Source: Novakomyces olei
Lineage: Eukaryota
Length of the DNA: 64,000 nt
NCBI GenBank assembly: GCA_016906335.1
Contig: JADEYG010000004.1
Location: forward strand, 1,240,001-1,304,000
Direction of reading: 5' to 3'
The position numbers and the translations under genes were made by a program. The notes below the pieces were generated by a model, which was not told the DNA's origin, did no database searches, and saw only the letters and a program-made list of their open reading frames with translations. This document shows, one piece after another, positions 49,310 to 62,738 of this stretch (positions within the stretch are counted from its first letter, which is position 1; every line of letters starts with the position of its first letter).

Positions 49310-51882
49310 TCAAGGCTTGGACAGCTGCTCCTTTCGGAAAAACTGAAAGTATCCCACGCAAACTGCAATCTGGCAAATCAAACAAATCCAAAACGGGGCA
49401 GAGTTGAGTGGTCCCGATCCAGTGGAGGGCGACCAGGCGGTTAAATCGACAAAAGTTCGGCCCGGCCCAACTTTATTGGGCGCAGAAGCGCGGGCAATCA
49501 TTGTGAAAACTGTGCCGACAACTTGGCCCGTCATGAGCGTAGTGGCCACGTGTAGTCGCGTCAGGGTCTGCAGCAAAATCATACCGATTCCAACGCCCTG
49601 CAGGGCATCAAGCACTCCGAGCCAGAACCAGAGGCAGCGGCCGAGATAGGGCCCGACTGGTCCCGCCCACGGGATGTAGAGTCCGATATTGGAGACAGCC
49701 CACATTTGCTGGCACCAGCGTGGCGCACCCAATCCCACGCCAAACACGGGCAGTAGCCAGGAATGTGTTTTTGACACGTGTCCCAAAACGGCAAGAATGG
49801 CGATCCAAATAAAGATATAAAACAGAATGAGCAGCAGGAAAATGATCCACGCACGTACTACGCGGGATCCCCACACGTACAGCCAGGAGCGGCCCACCAG
49901 CGTGGACAGCCAATAGTTTTGCAGGATTGTAGCGATAAGGAACCAGATAACGAGACGGCGGCGGAGCAGTGCCTTGTAAAAAGCCGGGATATTGCCCGGC
50001 AGTTGTCGGTAGTAGTCTGGGAGTCCGTAAAAAAGGAGAAAGAAAAACGCGATTGCCAGAACGGCGAGGGGCCATGTGATTGCCGTAATAATAGCGGCAG
50101 TAGTGGCCGACGACCGGGCATAGCCTCCCGTAACCGTCTCCTGCTGCCGGGACCCCCAAAACCAGAGAGCCGCTGTCCAGATTTGCTGTGTGCCCTGGAC
50201 GACACAGGCTCTAAACACCCAAGACCGGATCCCGGCTCCGCCCTCGTCTCCGAAATTGAGAGCGAAAAAGAGAGAACCCGAGGCGGAAGCGTAGGCGTAG
50301 AACCAGGCGGCGACAGTATCGAGCCAGCGGCGGGCGGGCCGGACGGCCGGGAAGCCCGGCAGTCCAACGAGGAAAAAAGCGACAGCGTAAAACAGAAAAG
50401 GAAAAGAGAGAACGTGGTAGTTTGGCAGACGGCGGTAGAGGACCCACCAGACCAGAGTGCCAAACAGAAAGAAGGCCGATACTTCATAGAGCTGAGTGGC
50501 ACTCTGTCCCGAATTGCCAGCGAGCAATGTGAGCTGGTACGACGTGGTGGCCAGAATCTGGCCGATGGATAAAAAAATGGAGTAAAACGGCCAGTCGCCC
50601 ACGCGACGCTGCATGAACCGTTTCAGCCCACGTACCTGTTGTGATCCCACGCCGTACGCGGGATTATCATCGAGACTATCGTCGGCTCCCTCGACCAGAC
50701 CCATCCCACTCAAGCCGCTGCCGGAACCGTTGCCGACATTGCCTCCTCTACGGCCGCCGCCTCCGCCTCCGCCATATCCCTCAAAACTGCTATGCGAATC
50801 GTCAGACGGGCTCTGCCGGATCATTGACTCGTTCGCGTTCCATCCGCCACTGTGTTTCCCTCCCACGCCGGGTTTAACGAGCCCCAGTTTTTCCTTGCGC
50901 ACGTTATCGAAAAAGGACTTTTCCGACTTTTCCAAAAAGTGTTCAATGCACAGCTCGTCCTTTGAATTCTTGGGCGTCAAGTCTTGCAGCATACTGGAAA
51001 ACTTGTGGATCGCTTTATCGTCCGAGTCGGTAAACTTGCGCTCCGTCTTGCTCAACGCAAAATCCTTATGGTGGCTCGACGTCATTACCGACGCAAGACT
51101 CAGCCGGGACTCGTTCCTAAATGTTGTCAGCAGCCTCGTCTGGCTCTGTCCCGGAGTCAGTGGAGGGCTCTGTGGGGAAGCATAAGGGTGCCGCGGCAGA
51201 TCATTGCCGTTGCCATTGCCGCCAAAGGTCACATTACTGCTGTCCGACTCGCTCAGCGCGTCTTCCGCAGCGGATCCGTCCAGCAGCATTCCGTGGTTCG
51301 TCGGCCCTCTATTCACCTGCGGCTGAAGTGCCGGTGAGGATTTAAGTGCCGCATCGTCGTCTGTGAAAAAATCGTACATTGTCGCCCGCTGAGGATCAAA
51401 GTCTTCGTCTCCAGAATCGACACTGTACTCGGACGGAGTGCGTTCCCCTCCGCCACCGTTATTCTGCCCGAGCCGAGCGCGTACAGATTCCGGTGTCCAG
51501 TACTGGCTGTCGTCGAGCGCAGCCCACTCGTCGTCCAGCCCACTCTGGCTCCCACTCCGGCTCAGGTTCCGATGACCGGAACCGTTGCCGATACCGGAAC
51601 CGTTGCCGATACCGGAACCGTTGCCGTCCTCCTCCTCTTCGATCGGGCCCAGTTCCTCGTCAAACGAGTCCACGGACCGACGTGCCGCCTGCGGGCTCAC
51701 GTGCCCGGGACCGCGTCGGGAGCCGAGAGACAGCTGCCGCCGCAGACCGGCTCCACTGCCGGAATTGTGGCCGCCTTCTTCCTCCTCGTCATCGGCAGCC
51801 GCTTCCACGTCAATTACCGGGTTTGACGCGTTTGGCAGCTGCGTGAATCGGGAAGAGCTGCCGTTGCCGTTATTATTATTGC

Positions 51883-51931
<49 letters not shown>

Positions 51932-54900
51932 GCCATTGCCATTGCCATTGCTACCGCCCAGAGCGAGGGAAGAACGGGACAGCTGGTCCGGCAGGATTGA
52001 ATAAATCGAGGCTCTAGAAGAAGCATTGTCCCGGCGCTTGTTCCGGCACTGAGCACTGAGCCGGATACACCCGTCCTGCAAGGCGTCCAGTTTCCTCTGC
52101 CATTCGGCTACAGGGAACCGCTGCTTTGCCGATTTAGCACGCATCGTGGCCCGAGTCTTTTCAGACGACTGCAGAGCCTGGCGGCAGGCCTGTTCAAACT
52201 GCCGCAGGAGATGGCTCGTGGCACTCGACTCGACAGTGTACCACCATCCCGGCATCTGCCCGAGTCCGCCGACACGGGCGCCGATGCCGAGAGCTCCTTT
52301 CCGTCCAAACTCGACGGCCACGAGCCCGAAAGGCTCATCCCGGGACGGGATAAGAGCGAAATCGGCACCGGAAAAGATAAAAGGCGGAAGGTGCGTAAAC
52401 TCGGGTCGGGAAAAGATGCGGCCCGGGTACACTTCCATCAGGCGGCTAAACTTTTCTGCTGCAAATTTGCCATACAAGTCGATTACGGGTCCAACAGCGA
52501 TAATCTGCACATTGAAATCCGAGAGCAGAGTCGGCGCCAGATCCGCAATCAAATCGACTCCCTTTTGCATAGACCATCGGCCGACAAAGACCATCAGCTG
52601 CGCTTTCGCATCCACCGCCAGACCGGCCCACTCCTGCGCCTGCCGCTTGTTATCGATCCGCTTATGCTCCAATTCGCGGTCGATTGTCACGGCTTTGCTA
52701 TTGCTCAGCACCTCTGCCGCATTGTCCAGCGCTGCCGTATCCGTCGGATCGGGATTCGGAAGCTTTCCGATCCGTTTCAGACCCCAGAAAATCGGGTACC
52801 GCGCCCACGACCGTTTCCCGTACTTGTTGGACACGCCAACGGCACCAAAGCCCTTTTGGTGGATTCGCAAGTAGGAAACGCCAGCATGCAGCAGGTTGAA
52901 GACGTTGCCAAACTGTACGTATTTCGTACAGATTCGGGGCGAAATGCTGTACACGGCACACACTTCCTCCTTCTCCTCCGGCGTCCGCAGCGGCCAGAGT
53001 CCCTGGAACTCGGCATTGTGCAGCGACAGGGCTATCGGGATCACTTCCGGTAGGAGATAGAGGGGCGCGAGGGCGCCATGGTAGTCGTTTATATGGTACA
53101 GGTCGATGGGGTTGCGTCTAATCACCTCGGCAATGCACTGGTTCCAAGCCGAGTAAAAAATGGCACTGCCCAGGTCGTCCATCCGGGCCGGATAGGGTTC
53201 CGATGACGTTTGCCGGCGGAAGACGGGAGCGTCCAGCAGTACATACTTTATATTGTCCAGGAAATGGTGCATAACGTTGATGCTGTACGTCTGGTCGATA
53301 ATCTTGACCTCTATCGGCTGCGCCGGCTGAGCTTCCGGGTAGTCAATGTCACCGACACACGGCACGACCCATACGAGATCCTGGTGCTTCAGGTTTTGGC
53401 CCATCAGCTGCGCCATCACGCCGAGGCCTCCAATCTTGATACGGATATTCCAGTCTGAAATATCGTACTCGAGCGTGGCAATAAGGACACATTTGCGTCT
53501 TGTTGAGGCGGTATTATTGGCAGCTGCAGCTGCTGCTGCTGCTGTGCTACTGCTCGTCGTGTTGAGGCCGCTGACCATTGAACTGTCGGACGAAATGTAC
53601 TCGCCGCCTTTATGTTTTCGCAGAGGAATAAGCGGGAAAAAGCTTTTAGCACCATTACTACCAAAGCCATTGCCGAACCCGGAACCGGAAGCAAAGCCGA
53701 ACCCGGAAGCAAAGCCGAGATTAGCGAGAGAGCGGCCTTCCTTGTTAAACTTGATCTGGTAAAAAGTGCCCTTGAAAATGAGCACGGCAACGATTGCCGT
53801 TAGTGGGGGGATGATAATCATGAGAGCAAAAACGGCGATAGCCACTCCCTCATGACCCCTTGGCTCAAACACGTACTCTCGGGTAACGTCGTTTACACGC
53901 ACAGAGTAGGACAAATTGGGGCGTGGCGGAGCGTTTGTGATATTGATCACGTTTGTCACTAAATTGGCAGGAGAAATTCGGGACAGGACGCCTCTGCTAT
54001 CAATGTCGCCATACACAAACCCTTGGTCGGGACGGCCATCCGGGTTCACTCCCCATACATTAAACTGGATCTGAGAGGGGTACGAGTCCGATACAAAACT
54101 GACCTGCCAGTCCCGAGTCGCCGGGTCCAGTTCCAGCCGGTTCCTTACCCCAGAGTCATAGCCCCACGAGTTGAAGGGGCCCATGAGAAATATGTGCGGC
54201 CAGATCCGGGCCGAATGGCCCACATCGCCGGCCTGAATATGGTGCGAAGAGGCCACCTGCTCGTTCCAGTACTGTACGATTATATGCTGACCCTCCCACG
54301 TCTGCATCGGAGACCCCCTCCACGCGGCAATTTGGGAGCCATTCACCTGCGTATACGAACCCTCATAGTCCTGCCACGTGGACCAAGTGGACCAAAAGTC
54401 CGTACTGTACCGGAACTTGTGCGCTCCGTCGGCAGTATGGTTTATATAGTATTCGCCATTGCGCTCAATGTAGAGCGTATCGCTATAATTTGCCGCAGTA
54501 AAAACCATTGGATTGTTTTCGTGGCCGAAACGGAGGAGATAATGGTCCGTCGAGTTTGTAAATGACGTGTGCCAAGCGTTTGACGCATTTGCCACAATCA
54601 GCTCGTGAATGCCGCTCGCTATACCGCTCAGAGTCGCCCGCCAGCGCCACTGAGAGGGCACATGGCCATAGAGCACTGGTGCAGCTGGCGAATCAATAGT
54701 CAAGCAGCTAACAGATTCCGGGACAATGTGCGGCCTTTCGCCCGTCAGAGTGGTAGAGTTTATCGTGATTGCTTGTGTCACAGAGTCACAGTCCATTGGC
54801 TGCGAAAACTGAATCTCAATATCATACGACCCATTGGCCGGCAACACTATCCGCGAATCGTGTATCGGAACGAATCCCGAGATGGTCGGGTAGCTTGCCG

Positions 54901-57130
54901 TCCAGTTTTCGGCAGGCACAAGGATCTTGTACTCCCACGGACCCATCGTGAGCTCGGGAATGCATCCGCGTCGGCCGCTGTCGGAGGCGGATGTTGGGAT
55001 ATTGCCATTGCCGTCCTGCAGCGTATACTCGTCATAGGGGTAAATCAAATTGCGTACAGTAACGCCCGACCTATACGGTGCCTGTACGCCGGTATTGCTG
55101 TTGCACGGATCGTCTAGCCGAGTAGACGCATTTGTGTTTGAAACCAAGATCCATACGTCTGTCGTGGACACATTGTCGCGTGGGCTGGCCGACACGAAAT
55201 CTTCCAAGTCCTGTACGTCATTCATTCCAGCGCGTAAATAGCTATGAACCCCTGGCGTGTAGGGATGCGTGGGCGGAGAGTAAGGCAGGTGCACTTGACG
55301 CGTCCAGTTTTGCATACGCGTAAAGGTAAAGCCGTGGGAAAGAGCCAAGTACCTTTGGCGGATATGGTGATTGGCCCGGTGAGCGTTAAACATTACATTT
55401 GACGCGTCCCTATGATCCAGAGCAATTGTAGGGTCGTGGCAGGCGTCCCGAGCATAAGGGAATTGCATTGCTGGAAACTGTGAGGAATTGCCGAAATAGC
55501 AGCCGTGCAAGAGCCAAGCGTAATTGCTCACCATCGGCTGTCGGCCATAGAGGTAATTGTCCTCGTTGCTGTCAATCACGAAAAGCCCTTGTTCGTCTCC
55601 ATAATATAGCAAAATATTGCCTGGAAAGAAGGCCATAGAGATCATTGTGCCGAGGATAAGACGCTCCCGGCCGGACGGGATTGCCGGCCATCTAAAGACA
55701 TCGTGGTTCGTAATCCCAAACAGGTGGCGAGGGTCAACGGTTCCGGTTTTGGGGTTGAACATATCCTCATTAACGGCAATCACGTTCCACGCATCCGACA
55801 GTTCGTCTCCCACATCGTACGCCAATTCAATACTGCCATCGAGGCCGAGAAAGCGCTGGACTGCCCTGTAGATGGAGTAGTGGAAGGCAGAAGCGTCCAT
55901 TCCCGCCCTTTCCTCCTCTCGAAGAAAGTAGTCCGACTGATTGGCCGTAATATTAAGGGCAAACCCGATACTCGGCGGACGCTGGTCCGGCTGCCTTCCA
56001 CGGCCGTAAAAGATTCCACCATACGATGAAGATCCCGTTACTTCCCCGGGAATAAGAAAGTTATTCTTGCCATGCCGGGCCGCACACTGGTGCACATAAT
56101 GGCTCCAATCGGCCATAAAATCAACCGTCATTTGCGTGGCCTTGTCGATACGGAACCCATCAACGTCCAGCATATCAATAACCATACAGGACAGGTGCTC
56201 CAGCTTTTGGCTCATCTCTGGCCGCCAGTCACGCAGCCGATCCTGCACAGAGGCAAACTTGGACAGCTGGCGCTGCCAGTCAGGATGGACACCAAAGGCC
56301 TCTGTGTCACCATACTGGTCAAAGTCAGACTCATAGCATCCGGACCAGATCAGCTCAACAGGGCGGCCTTCGTCGTCCCAAAAATCGGGGTACTGGCAGC
56401 TCGTATTGTACACATTTGAGAAATTGAAATCGTTATACACCCGACCGGGCTGCTTCCAAGCCAATTGGTGCTCGTTCAGTGTAAAAGGCGCAGATTCATT
56501 GAGATAGTTGCGGAACCCGATACGATCGCCCAACGTGGCCACTGTCATATCCACAATTAGGTACATATTTCGTGCATGCATAGCGTCTATCGTGTCCCGC
56601 CAATCCTGGATTGTGCCCAAATGGTGGTCCAGGACAGTAAAATCAAGCGGGGAAAACTGATCAGAGCCATATGGCTCATTGAGAAAGATTGTACCGGCAA
56701 TGTAAACTGCCTCCACGCCCAGACTTTGCAGGTAATCAAGCGAAAGAGCGAGTCCTTTAACGTCTCCTCCAGACCGGAAAGTAGTCTCAAAGTAATCGTA
56801 CTCGTACACTGTGCCATTGGCATCGTTGTTTGTAGGGTCTCCGTCCAACCAGCGATCAAGGATTACAGTGTAGATTACTTTGCGCCACTCTGAGGGACTG
56901 GGAAAGTAGTCGTGGTTGTCCCATTGACCCCCATACTGCATAATCTCTGTCGTGTTGGGTACGGTGTTGAGATTCCATGGGATTTCCCGCTCGTCCCACG
57001 GATTCGCCGCCACTGGACGCGTAAACAGGGCCAGAAATAGGAGGAAAAGACTGAAAATTACGGTCATCGGCCGGCCCGGTGACAAGGCGGCCGGGCGGCC
57101 ACCGCCACCAGAACCGCTGAGGCCACTCAT
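49310..57130 (-). CDS. AGS1: Cell-wall alpha-1,3-glucan synthase (Mok1/Ags1 type), intronless, about 2600 aa
   Basis: First ATG at 57130 followed by a signal-like hydrophobic segment. GH13 domain (DGFRIDKA, GEVT, NHDVFR), TM helix, GT5 domain (KIGGLG, PSRDEPFGLV) and multi-TM tail ending FFRKEQLSKP. Confidence 0.97.
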
Positions 57131-57633
57131 ATCGGGACCGGACAATTCCGTCAAAAAAAAAAAAAAATCGAATTTATTTTTATTGGCAATATTTTTGCGA
57201 ATAAAAAGGGCGAAAAGGGTCAATTCAAACGCCGATTTTGTAATGTAAAAATAAATAAAACAGGACAACGAATGAACGCGGCCTTGTCCGGTGCAATCAA
57301 GACACTGATCACACACGGATGGCGCAGTTAAGCGCAAAGCGGAAGCTTAGTAATGCACCGTCGTAGATCTCGAGTATTCTCAACTGAAAAATAAGAGTAA
57401 ATGCAATAGAAACAAAGTCAGAAAAGAAGAGGACTACAGCCTCCAATACGACAGAAGAGCAGGTAATGCCTTCCGAAAAGACGGTCAGAGACACGACACG
57501 GCTGAGCCAGTTCCTACACAGTGAGCACGAGTTTGTTTCTAATGCAAATTTTAAAGGTTTCTCCAATAGACGCGCATACGTTTGTACAGAAAGAGCCGGC
57601 AAACAAAACAAGTACGAAAAGTAAACAAAAAAT

Positions 57634-57692
57634 CTAAGCGAGAACGCGGTTAGTGATTGTTACAGGGCCTTCAGGCCACAGTAGATACGTAC
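57634..57692 (-). other. Candidate spliceosomal intron in the AGS1 5' UTR
   Basis: GTACGT donor, CACTAAC branch site and TAG acceptor; 59 nt. Confidence 0.6.
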
Positions 57693-58170
57693 TTTATGGC
57701 GACCGTGAAGGCTCGTCAGCACAAAAAAAAAGGCCGGCACCCGGTTTTTCTTCCGCGTAGGGAAAAGTAAGTCTTTTGGATCAGGCGTAGAACAATATTA
57801 AAATGAGAAAAAGAAAATAATGTATACTACATAAAATATATGAGCCCGTATCGTGTACCTGAATTTCTTCTTTTGCATATAAGCGATCGGTAGGGTAAAG
57901 TAATGCAGTTATTATATGGGTTTATTAATTTTCAACGTTATTATAAACATATAATATGTGGCCCTAAAAAAAATAAAAAGAATCGCCCTTAACCGGAAGC
58001 AGGGGCAACGCGTCGAAACACGGTGCCATTGGGTAAGCGTTAATTATAATTAATTGTAAAATAGGCATTTAGACTATTTGCAGTTTCATGTACTATTACC
58101 AGCAAAGCAGTTTTGCTTTTTCCGGTGTGTATTTCTGGCTTTTGTTGCCGCGCCAGAGGCGGAACGTGCT

Positions 58171-58202
58171 ACGCGTTACGCGTAAGTCATATGACTTACG
58201 CG
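58171..58202. promoter_or_regulatory. Tandem ACGCGT (MCB-like) sites overlapping a perfect 24-bp palindrome
   Basis: acgcgttacgcgt at 58171-58183; cgcgtaagtcatatgacttacgcg at 58179-58202. Confidence 0.55.
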
Positions 58203-59675
58203 ATTAGACCTACAATTTTGTGACTTGAAAGATTATTTTTAAAGTAATTTAATTATAGAAACATATTTGGTCACGTGACCAATAATAGCAGCAAAGCCGC
58301 GTTGCAACGTGGCCCACCGACGGCAATATCTGTAATGTATATTAATGAACTTTTTTGTACATGCAAAAAGTTACTGCTCAGTGTAAAAGGTTTTGTGGGC
58401 AAGTACGCATGCTCTTGCGTAAGGCCACGGATCTTGGTCCCCTGTGATTGGGTGCACGACCGCTATGAGAAGGTAGCGCATACGGAGTTTTTTCGTTATT
58501 TTCATACCACTAACCCGTTTCTATATTGGATAGCAAACTGTTTCTATTTTCGTCACATATTGATTCTTTAGTCTGAGGAACGCGCCTGTACAATCAACGA
58601 GTTTACCGCGCGTAAATGCGTATATGGTAGTTTACGCAATAGATATTACTATGGAAACATACATAAACTATACGCAAGTTATACTAATTGTACATTAGTC
58701 TAGTTTGCTACCAATATTACTAGCGAAATTTTCATCGATGTTTGGTACTGCATCGTGGGTTTCATAGTACAGATCGGTCGGGTAGCAAGCGGTGTGCGGC
58801 GAGTAAACCACTCCGCATACCGAACAGGGATTGAGCTACGCGAGTTTACATGGCCAAGAAGCCTGGTTGGATATGGCGCCGATTCACATTGTAATCATTG
58901 GCAAGAAAACGGTATTACACGAATACGGAGACGTACGTACGTATCTATAGTACGGAGCAATACTTTATACATACATAATTTCCGATTAATATACTGTTCG
59001 CTCTAGCGCGAGTACGCGAATCCCACCACCGCGTACAAATTAAATTAATACACCCCAGGACTGGCACCATACGCTTTCCTGGTATACCACTCTATTGCAA
59101 TGCTTTTTATTAACCCTGACCCTGACAGTGTGCAGATTCTTGGATTCGCTGTCGACAAAGACACGGCTTGATTGGAAACTTTGGTTGTAATTGTATAATA
59201 TTTGGTTGATTTAATTTTAGTATAGGCGTAGTTAATGTAAAATTAAAATCACTATTTTTACAGGATTGAAAATTAGAATTGAATTGGACTTGGGCTGAAA
59301 GGCAAGGGAATAGTGACTAGATTAAAAATTGATTATGCCGTGACAAATATATTTAATGCCTCTCATATTCGATTTGGACAATGCACGAGAGCAAAATGCG
59401 AGTACTTATACATCAAGAAAATAGTACACAATCGAATAGACATTCTTAGATCAACACTGCCAAACATAAAACACACTTGAATGCTCAATCTTTAATCATC
59501 TTTGTCTTCTTTTGAGACCTATAAAAATCTTGTTGCTATATCTTATCATTCCTTTCATTCAACTAAATGCTTGCTTTATAGTCTTCATAAAAGACATGGA
59601 CTACATACGATTTGCGCATAGTCGCTTCAATGCCGAACACGAGGTTTATAAACTGGCGCCGAGTTTGGCCATGAA

Positions 59676-59690
59676 AACCCTAACCCTAAC
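59676..59690. promoter_or_regulatory. Telo-box-like AACCCTAACCCTAAC element
   Basis: Read directly; TATAAA lies about 25 bp away at 59645-59652. Confidence 0.4.
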
Positions 59691-59745
59691 AATATATAGA
59701 CACTTTAAATCTGTAAATTATCTTTTCCCAGCCGCTCATGAAAAC

Positions 59746-60472
59746 TCATTTTAGACGATGCTCTAGTACAAAGTCAGACAATCAATAATATACAGAGCTC
59801 CTTACCTTTTAATGGCAAAAATAACGCTGCCCGATCTCCCACTGTTACAGCATGCTCCTGACCATGAAACAAATACCGAACGCACAACTGCCGGCTATCG
59901 GACTTGCTGAAAGCTGGGGCATAAAATCCAGGTAAAATTGATTTGCTTGGACCTGCCGGCACGATTATTTGTCCCTCGTGCAGCAGGCTGGCAACGGAGA
60001 TTCGAACATCCACCATTTCTTGTCCGGGGACGCCATAAACGGCCGATTCGATAACAAGTCCATTGGAGGATCGTTGAGCTGCTTGCTTACGCTCTACAAC
60101 CTCTTGTAATAGAGAAACTGTTTCCTCTGCTTCTGTTCTCCGTCGTTCCCAGACAGCAGCTCTGTGCTTACGTCTTTCTTCTCGAAGCCTAATTGTTAAT
60201 TTGTTTAAAGTTATTTCATATCTATATGCTTTCTTTTTCGCTATATTTCTTGTTCGCGATTTCTTTTTTGTTTCACATACTCTCGCTGAGCTTTTCTGTT
60301 CGATGGACGAGCTACTATTATTTCATAGGCGGCCAACGCACCGGCCGGTAATACTACACCGAACAGTACAGCAGACGAGCTTGCATCGTTGCACAAGACT
60401 AAAGGTATCGAAAATCTTTGGCCCAGACGAGACCATCTGCCGTTAGAACAATAGCAATAAAACAAAGAAACA

Positions 60473-60508
<36 letters not shown>

Positions 60509-62738
60509 AATAATAAATAATTAGAAGAATAATCTCGGATTAATTAATTATCCGTATTATCCTTTCCATATGCAGTCTTTTATCTTACGTCAATTTTAAT
60601 TGCAATGCTCCGGTTAAAGCAGCTGTGAGCCCAAATCCTAACCGAGTCGTTTCACTATATTTTCCCGACATGCCCAGTGTCAAACTTGCACCAGTCAACA
60701 TTAAATCTCCTCTCACTTGTGCTCTCAATGGCGATCCTGCAAGCTGCAGTGCAGCGAGTCCGGGAAAATTTCGACTATACTCTGCAACTATACCCGATGA
60801 AATAAGCCCAGCGGCGATATGAACGCTCCATGAGGCAGAAGAAGGGTTATTCGCGCTGTTTCCTACCGGACGGGACCAGCCAACAACAAACTGTGACTCT
60901 AAGCCTCGGCGCTGCAAAGGGATATTTGCACCCCAAGGCCCCAGAGCCCAAACTCCACTTTTAAAAGTCACACTGGCCACATCATGACTTGTCATTTTCT
61001 GAGCGATAGTGCAAGAAAGTACGGGCGGAGCTGCTAATGTAGCCGCAGAAACTTGACCTGAAACAGACGTGGAGGCAGCCAGAGCATAGCTGCCTTTAAT
61101 GAAGGCCGCCTGCGGCCGTAAGAGAAGGGAACCGACTTCCAGTGAAAGAGCAGGTGAAACTGTATGCCGTATAGAGGCCACCAGATTGTTTAATCCGTTT
61201 TTACCGCTCGTTTGTGCGAGAATATTCAGTGCAGTTGGCGGTTCGACTTCCTCTTCCTCCTGCTCGGCCTCTTGTTTGCGTTTTTCTTCTTCCGCCTCAC
61301 TCAAATCTGGTCTGCCGAACGAGAAAACCCTGTGCAAGCTAAATGGTATACAAAAGGAATGCTTTGCTGAAAAACCTTGATTGCCACATAAACGTAGACG
61401 GCCGCGTAGTCCTGGATCGCGTAGTTGGTATATTTTGCCATTTGCGTATACAGTTTGATTGTAGTTCCGGAAAAGTGGGTCTAGCGAAATGGGTACGGTT
61501 ATTTCGCCCTATAATATGAATATCACGGCAAAGAGTGAAGAAAAAGCATTGAAAAATAAGCATTCTTGAAACCGATAAAAGTTGGACAAGGACAGCACTC
61601 TTTCACAATCTTCTTACCTTGCTCTTGACCAGGCGGTCTACGTCTTCCCGACGCTTGTTTCGGATTTGCCGTTCTAGCTCTCGACGGAACTGTACCTTTA
61701 GTATATGTGTAAAGTGAGGTTGTAAACGATAATGTACAAAGAAAGACGAGCATGCAAGAGACGAGAAAGAATCTTTGCAGTATTGGAAAAAACACTATTA
61801 AAGTCGAATGTCTCGGCTCAAATTCAAGACAGAATGTCAAAACAGAGAATGCACTATTAAAAAGCAGTGTAATTGTTGAAAAAGACGCAGGTCAATCCAA
61901 CAGTGCAGGACAAAAACCTTTCTCAAAACACAGTTAAATTATATTTCCTCTGCTGTTTGTACTGTTTCGGAATCATAACATCAGAGACATTATAAGAAAG
62001 ACATTCAGATCAAAACAAACCAGGGGATAAAAAAACATTCAAAACTAAAGACAGCATCGATGGCATTAGGAGAGTATATCTTTGTACAAATCAAATCGAT
62101 TATTAAAACGAATGTAAATTGAAAATCAAGAGAATGCCCAACCTCCTCTGGCGTTTTTGTGCGAGGACCAACTTCCCATTTCACAGAAAGTCCGCTGACC
62201 CCAAAGTTATTATAAACCTCGCGTTTTACCGGGTCAGAAAGAACTTTGAATATCAGCGACTCAATCTCTCAAATTGCGCTATGGCATAATCATACGTACC
62301 TTCGTATGCTGACTGTATTTTTCGGAATCGGCGTGAAGCCAACTCTTTGGCACGAGCTTCGCGATGCTTGTCCGGGTGAAATATCCTACTCAGTCTTTTG
62401 TAACTATCGCGCAACTGCTCTGCTGTTGCCTGTATACAACATTAGTTTATGCTCCGAGTAAAGAAAAAAGATAAAAAAAAGAAGATTAAAAAAAAGAAAA
62501 ATTGGTTCCAATTTACATTATGAGAAACGTTGAGAATAGCATAGTAATCGGCCTCATCGTCGTCGCCGTCGCCGTCTCCATCAAGTTCTTGCTCTTGTTC
62601 ATTCCCGTCTCCATTTGTCCCGTCAACGCCGTTCAAGTCCGTGTCAACATCAAAATGATCCCAGTCTCCGCTTTCGTCACTCGGCCCTGGACTTACACTG
62701 CCCTCAATGCTGCTAGCGCCATTGGCTGCCGCGCTCAT
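59746..62738 (-). CDS. DNAJC11: DNAJC11-like mitochondrial J-domain protein; multiple introns
   Basis: DYYAILNVSHN/ATAEQLRDSYKRLSRIFHPDK, WEVGPRTKTPEE/FRRELER and C-terminal GLVIESAVYG, LPGFYAP and LCVRYLFHGQEH. TGA at 59746-59748. Confidence 0.85.

Noticed and set aside
57131..57337. Listed N-terminal extension of AGS1 to 57337
   Set aside because: It has a non-ATG start and a T-rich UTR-like sequence, and it would bury the signal peptide; ATG 57130 is preferred.
59676..59690. Telomerase RNA template (CUAACCCUAAC-like)
   Set aside because: On the template-sense strand only about 55 nt remain before the DNAJC11 stop codon, and similar doublets recur elsewhere in promoter-like positions.
61690..62142. 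Intronic C/D snoRNA in the long DNAJC11 intron
   Set aside because: CTGA motifs are present but I found no convincing RTGATGA C box or terminal stem.
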